64,000 nt of DNA from the human T2T-CHM13v2.0 reference genome, Homo sapiens: the NCBI RefSeq assembly GCF_009914755.1, contig NC_060930.1. One strand, given 5' to 3'. A model generated the notes under the pieces. The model saw only the letters and a list, made by a program, of their open reading frames with translations. It did not search any database and was not told the origin of the DNA. The position numbers were made by a program, and so were the translations under genes. This document shows positions 57,616-64,000 of the stretch, one piece after another; the first letter of the stretch is position 1; every line of letters begins with the position of its first letter.

Positions 57616-58310
57616 CCATCAACCAAGGGGTACATCATAAGAAAGAGAGTCAATGGATGGTGTGTGTCAAGTTCAACCTCACAGTTTCTCTCCTTGTGTA
57701 ATTGGCATAGGGATAGGTAAGCCGAGCAGGGAGCTAATACCCAATTAATTGTTAGGCTCAGTACCTATGTATACTTCTCCTGATTCCACCAGAAGGTGTC
57801 CCTTGTCTGTCTCCAAAATATTCCACATTGCCTCTATCCCAGCAGTTATCACATTCCATTTTAATTCTGTTTTTACATGCGAATGCCCTCCATCAAACTG
57901 TGGTTGAGGACAGGGTCCATTTCTTTTAAATCTCTGATTCCAAAGCACCTCTCTGTTGTGAACATGAGATAAAAGGATCCCTATAAAGCACTGGACACAT
58001 TTCATGGGCTCTTGATGCTCTATTGGAAGAAACTAACAAAAGCATCCTTTTGTCACTAGGTGACACTCTTGTCCCAGCCTTTTTGTTTTTGCTCTTATTC
58101 TTCATAGTGTTAGGGGGAGCTGATTTTCACATTCACAAGAAAATAGGAACACCCCAGATCTTTCTGACTGACTTTCAAAGCTGCAAGTGACAGGATCTAA
58201 GATTTAAGGTGTATATTCAAACAGAAATGCCATTTTTGTGACAGTGCCCTAACTCCTGCCATGCCAACTCTTCAGCAAGTAGCCCAGAAATCTCAGTTTT
58301 CTTGGCCATT

Positions 58311-58344
<34 letters not shown>

Positions 58345-58883
58345 CTGGCCAGTTTGTCCTGGCTGCATGAGGAAATTGAATATCCTGATTTGGAATGAAT
58401 AGGAAAGGGATCCTGGGATAGTATCTGAGGTTGGGGTTGTTGAGATCCAGAAGAGGGGCCAACCTGTCCCCATTTGACAAGCAAGTGGCCTGATTTGTGA
58501 CTCTCTTGAGAGGCCCACAGCCCCTCTTGCTGTGGTCTAATGCTCAGTGCAGAGTTTTTGGGGGATCACTGTTAAATCCACTCAAGGCTTCCATATTTGC
58601 ACCTTCTTCTTATGAATCCAGTAAATATCTAGCAGCAGAATTGAGATTCAGAAAACTGTGCAAGACTATCCTAAGAATGCTGGCCAATTCTGGACATGGT
58701 GTGCATGTGTGTGTATGGTAGATTGAAGAAGGATAGTGTGGAGATTGCATAAGCAGCATAGGCTTCTTTTGCTGAAATGGCTTTTCTGTGCAGACTAACT
58801 TTTCCTCAAGTCCTGGAAATACATCCAGCCCAATTTATTGTATTCAGGCCAAAGGAGCAGTAAGTTGAAACCTGCTCTATAAG

Positions 58884-59023
58884 TAGGGTGATCAAATAGT
58901 CAATTTATTGTCAAAATCAGGACACTTTTTAGAGGAAAGAGTAGTGTTTTTTTTGTAATTGCACTGGAACAGCAAGCATAAATCGGGAGGCTCCTGAGCG
59001 AACTGGGATGGATGGTCACTATA
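58884..59023. mobile_element. MER94-like hAT-Blackjack MITE
   Basis: tagggtgatc / ggtcactata inverted ends; ggacactttt core. Confidence 0.5.
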
Positions 59024-59909
59024 CTCAAGGCATGGCCAGTGCCCTACATTTGGCTTTTTGTCAGATGTAACTCAGAATGAAGGTTATCCATTCTTTTCTG
59101 GCTATTTTTCTTCCTCTATAGAAGAGAAGAAAATACCAGCGGTGTTTCCTAGTGTGTGACGAGTAGAGTGACGATTAGACCTCACTAATTTCCATGATTT
59201 TACCAGGAAAACCACTTTGCAGAAGGGTCCAATGTATCTGTTGCCCTGCACTGGATTCTGAAGTCCCTCGGAATGCTCACTGACTTCTGCATTTGGCTAA
59301 CAGAGGCTTTAGTACCAGGAATTCCCAACAGCTTAAAAAAGTGAATCCATATCAGATAACAGTTTCTACTTTTCTCATGATCTGTTCTTTATTCCCATCT
59401 GATTTCTTTAATGACTAGCTAATTTCCTCCAGGCCTGGACCTATAATCCCAAATTAATGTGGACAGTTGCAGAGAGATATCTTTCTTTGCCTTATAGTTT
59501 GTATGTCTTTGAAGTGTGTAGCTAAAAGCAAAGTCTCCTCTCTTTGCTTGTTCCTTCATCCCCAACAGGGGTGTGTACCTCTGCACTATCTCCTAGAGGA
59601 GTGGATGTATTTTGAGCACTGCGATATAAAGAGCCAACTGCATGGTGTGGTGCAAAGACCACAAACTGGGTCAGAAGACATGAGCTCAGTGAACCTAGCA
59701 CAGATCCTGACCCTAGCAGATACTCAGTAAATGTGAGCTGATTCCCAATCAGATCATTATAGTTAACCATTGCAGTGGAGGGAAGACTTCTGTGGCTTCT
59801 ACCAACACTGTGTCAGAGGAGTTCTTTGCCTGGGTGCCCCCAATTCAAACCTAGTAGATGCTAGGACCATTCAGAGCAAGTGAGAACTACCAACACTGAG
59901 GCCTCTACA

Positions 59910-59939
59910 GATCTTTCAGCTTTGGATCTTTCAGCTTTG
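59910..59939 (+). repeat. 15-bp tandem duplication (GATCTTTCAGCTTTG)x2
   Basis: Two exact copies. Confidence 0.85.
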
Positions 59940-60119
59940 GAGCCTTTAAATCTTAAACATGATTCCTTTAGGTCCCTGGGGACCTGAATAAGAAAGAATC
60001 ATATTCTACCCAGACATGAACGAGTAAGGCCTTCCTCTAACTCAGAATTTGACAGGAGAAGTAGGGAAGTATCATAAAACAGTGGACAGAATCCGGACTT
60101 TGGGGTTAGATAGCCCTGG

Positions 60120-60406
60120 GTTTTTAGTTGTTTTTGTTTGTTTTTTTTGGAGATGGGGTCTCACCCTGTCGCCCAGGCTGGAATGCAGTGGCGTGGCCTC
60201 CTGAGTTGAAGGGATTCTCTTGCCTCAGCTCCTGAGTAGCTGGGACTAGAGGGGCACCATGCCCCGCTAATTTTTTGGTATTTTTAGTAGAGATGCGGTT
60301 TCACCATATTGGCCAGGCTGGTCTTGAACTCCTGACCTCAGGTGATCTGCCTGCCTCAGCCTCCCAAAGTGCTGGGATTACAGGCATGAGCCACTATGCC
60401 TAGCCA
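60120..60406 (-). mobile_element. Alu (AluS-like)
   Basis: Antisense dimer. Confidence 0.88.
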
Positions 60407-61376
60407 GCCCTGAGTTTGAACACCCACCCTTACCAGCATCTACTTAGTCAAAGTCACTTACCACCTGGAGCCTCATTTGTAAACTGGGGATAATGAAAAC
60501 TACCTGCAGGGTTGCTATGGCAATAAATACTACAGATGTTAGGTCCCAGCACATAATAGGCTCTCCATATGGAATCTATTATTATCTAAAAGGACAGTAA
60601 CACTTAGGGTCAGTTGAGAAAATAGCTCTGTACTAAGAAGGGACCAATGACTGGGAGATGCCAGAAAGCAGACTCTAAAATCATAAATCTCAAAACAACA
60701 ACCCTAAGACTGTACTTGTGAGCCATTTCAACTATGTAGTTTATAGGAGCAATCCCTTTACACTACAGCAAGTTAAGCTTCAACTTAAATCAATGGCTGG
60801 GCTTGATCCATTGGTAGTGGTTGTCTGAAGTGCTGGTTAAGAAATATTCTGCTGCTGAGTCAACTCAGTAGGGATGCGTGCCATGGCTGACTGATCAGCG
60901 ATGCCTGCTCTGGGCACAGGATTGGGAAGCAGAGGCAAGTATGCCAAATAGTTACCCTGTGTTCCTCACCCACCAGCGGATGAGACTGCCCTTAATACAG
61001 GAAAGAATTTGCAAGTCTAGAGTAGCACTCAGGCTTTGGGTAGCTTAGGGGAAATAAATGAAAGGTAGTGATGCGCCAAAGACTGATGCAAATAGGAAGG
61101 TTTGGGAGATTGTGGGAAATCTTGATAGTATGTAGGCAAATTTCAATGATTTCCTAACCCTACCCAGGAGCAGCCCCACAACAGTAGTCAAAAGGGCCTG
61201 AGCAATTGCCTCTAAGAGCCAAGAGAAAATTCTGAATATTGGGAAACCCTAAGTCAGTCCACAGAGCCTGAGTTAAAGTGCAGGAGGAGATGGGAAGCAC
61301 AACAGAGTATAAGGTAAAATTAAAGCAAATGCCCAACCTTGTCTTTGGAAACATTCGATTAAGAAGCAGTAGCTTG

Positions 61377-61680
<304 letters not shown>

Positions 61681-63537
61681 AAAACACTAGCTTGGAAACA
61701 GCCAAAATGGTCGAGAGCAAGAAAGCCTTAAATGTCCCACAAAGTAATGCTCCTTCCAAAAATCTAATGGCCTTCCTGTAATTGCTGAATGACGTCTCAA
61801 TACATCTGTTTTGAGAGCTCTAATCTTGAGCAGAATTGAGTAAGAAAAAGTACAGCCTGTTTCTTTCTTAATGATAGAGTAGAAAAGATGACCTTTATAG
61901 AGGTCATGGAGATTATAAATAGCAAATTCCTATTCCTAGCCCTGCGTGCCCCCTGCCCCAACTCAACAAGAAATAGCAGCATTTGAAGCAGACCTTCTGA
62001 GTTAGGAAAAATAATCCTGAAGAACTTGAAGAGTCAGGAGAAAAGTAAAGATCAAGAGCCTTAACTTTAAGAAAGAACAAGTTTTGGAACAGGCTCTTCT
62101 TCTCCTACCAAGACTGTCATTAAGCAGGTTTCTCTTGACGTGAGAACAGCTGCTCATGTGGCCACTTTGTTGCTTGTACCCTGAGGGCCAGCTGCATGAA
62201 GGGGCATGGTACAGCTCTCCCCCTAATCTTTTTAAGTTTTTTTTTTTTTTTGTAAATCTTTTTAATTTTGGTACCATTCCTACTGAAGTCTTTCTGAGAC
62301 AGCCAATATTCTTTTGTCTTTTCTTCCTACATTTTCCAATGGCACAGCAGACTGGGAAGCACCTGTGAGTTTTTCACATTTTTTGGCAAACATTAATATA
62401 TCAATTCTGGCAAATGCAGAGAGGCATTAAAAGAAATTTGGAATTGCCCATAAACTTACCATCAGAGATAACCACTGTTTACTTTCACTAGCTTAGTATA
62501 TATCATTGACTAATGGGTGCCCCGGTCATCCTTCTCCATACGTGCTGTGGGACATTGGTATGTTAGGAAGGGGTTCTTAGTGTCTCCTTGCCACTTTCTC
62601 ACCAGGAGCAGTACTGGCAGGGTTTAGGATGGGGGAGGCAGAGGAAGGGGACAAAAACGGTGATCACTACAATGCTGAGAAGTGGGGGAATGGAAAGTAT
62701 TTGTGAGCATGGTGTAAATTTAATGCATTATGCTTATAGATGTGGCAACACTAATGGTTGAATGGGGGAATAATTTGGTGACAGTCTTCTCTGATGCATT
62801 CTGGCAGGTGGAGAAGTATTTCACTGTTTGAGAAACATTGTTTTTCACGGTTTAAGAAACATCTTTCAAAGCCTAATTTCTTTACTCCTCAGGTGTCAAG
62901 ACCTTTGTTTACACCAGATCAATTGTGCAAAGTTCCCTGCAACCTAGAAATGAAGCAATTATTTCAAATCTATTTATGGGACACAGAGGACACACAGTGA
63001 GATTTTGCTGATAGTGCCTTTAAATCTGAACCTTGGGTCCCACCCCTCTGCCAGGCCACGTTTGTCTAGGTAGGCAGTGACTGCCCAATTTACCTGGATT
63101 GGTAGGGGTGATGGGGGAATACAGAGGAAGAAAGACTCATTAGATGCTGTTCTAAGATTAGCTCTAGTTCCTGATCATTGGAACAGTCTTTGGAATTCTC
63201 TGCTCAGTCCTGGGAAGATGTTGTCAAGGGGATAATTGTCAGAATGGTGCAAACACTGCAGGAGAAACAGTAGATACACTCACCAAAAAGATAAGGAGGT
63301 GTTTTCTGGAAAGATGGCCCCTTTGCAATTAGTGACTATTCAAAATTAAAACTACCTCCTTTCAGTTACCCAAGTAACTGCCATTCATAAATGCCTGAGT
63401 TGTGGTTGCATTTACCCGTGTGCAGAGAAACTGACCACAAGACTTTCAGGACTCAGAGGACTGAATTGAGGGGTGGCTGCCTCTCAATGAGGAGTCAGAG
63501 GAGCAGGGTGTCTTCCTCAGGACTCACCAGGAACAAT

Positions 63538-63694
63538 AGGACCCATGTGATGAGATTGGGCCCGGGCTAGCCTTCCCATCTGAAGGTCCTCAATGTAATC
63601 ACATCTATAAAGTCTCTTCTGCCACGTAAGGTTTTGTCACAGGTTCTAGTGGTTAGGATGTGGACATCTTTGAGGGACCATCATTCTGCCTACC
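63538..63694 (-). mobile_element. MLT1 LTR fragment
   Basis: aatcacatct...cacaggttctag...ttaggatgtggacatctttg...attctgcctacca. Confidence 0.7.
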
Positions 63695-64000
63695 ATAGCC
63701 ATGACTTCCTGGGTATAGCAACACTGCTCAAACTCTATGCCTCCACTTCTAGGGATCTGGACACAGGTCATGAGCTCAGAGTTTTTAGAAGATGGTGTCA
63801 CTAGGGTAGGTATTAATATTAGCCTCAGCACAATACCAGCAGTTTGGCACCCATGATTATCCCAGCAAGCTTCAGACATCTAGTCTTCCTTCAGGCATCT
63901 GTAGACATTTGCATTTTGGCACTTCCATCAGCTCCCAAACCCTTTCCTCTGGCTGGCTCAGAAATACCTAGCGCCATGCTTGACCCTCTGGTAGGGAGGT

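Overview
Human genomic DNA; an AluYa5 with all its diagnostic positions points to human. I recognise the locus from memory as CILK1(ICK)/FBXO9, head-to-head on 6p12. Positions 1-15.2 kb are repeat-rich intron 1 of a minus-strand gene (CILK1), whose non-coding first exon lies in a CpG island at about 15.2-15.45 kb. A second CpG island about 3 kb away starts FBXO9 on the + strand. The complete FBXO9 coding structure can be assembled by hand: 13 coding segments from 19395 to 51432 sum to 1314 nt, i.e. 437 aa plus stop, with alternative N-termini at 24632 and 27101. A 3' UTR with proximal and distal poly(A) signals follows, then about 9 kb of repeat-rich intergenic DNA. Most notable: (1) the frame only closes if intron 3 is spliced at a non-canonical TT donor (AAG|TTAAGTAT); the overlapping GT one base upstream gives an immediate premature stop, and intron 2 is GC-AG. 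(2) Both divergent genes carry a 72-nt, 23-codon Arg-rich uORF in their first exon. (3) Inverted Alus bracket exons 2-4, a circRNA-prone layout. (4) Intron 7 holds a complete LTR-internal-LTR ERV1 element with PBS, PPT and TSD, three Alus serially inserted at one target site, and adjacent Y3 and 7SL retrocopies. (5) There are unexplained local duplications in CILK1 intron 1 and a templated inverted insertion in FBXO9 intron 3. Repeat family names and boundaries are by eye and approximate.
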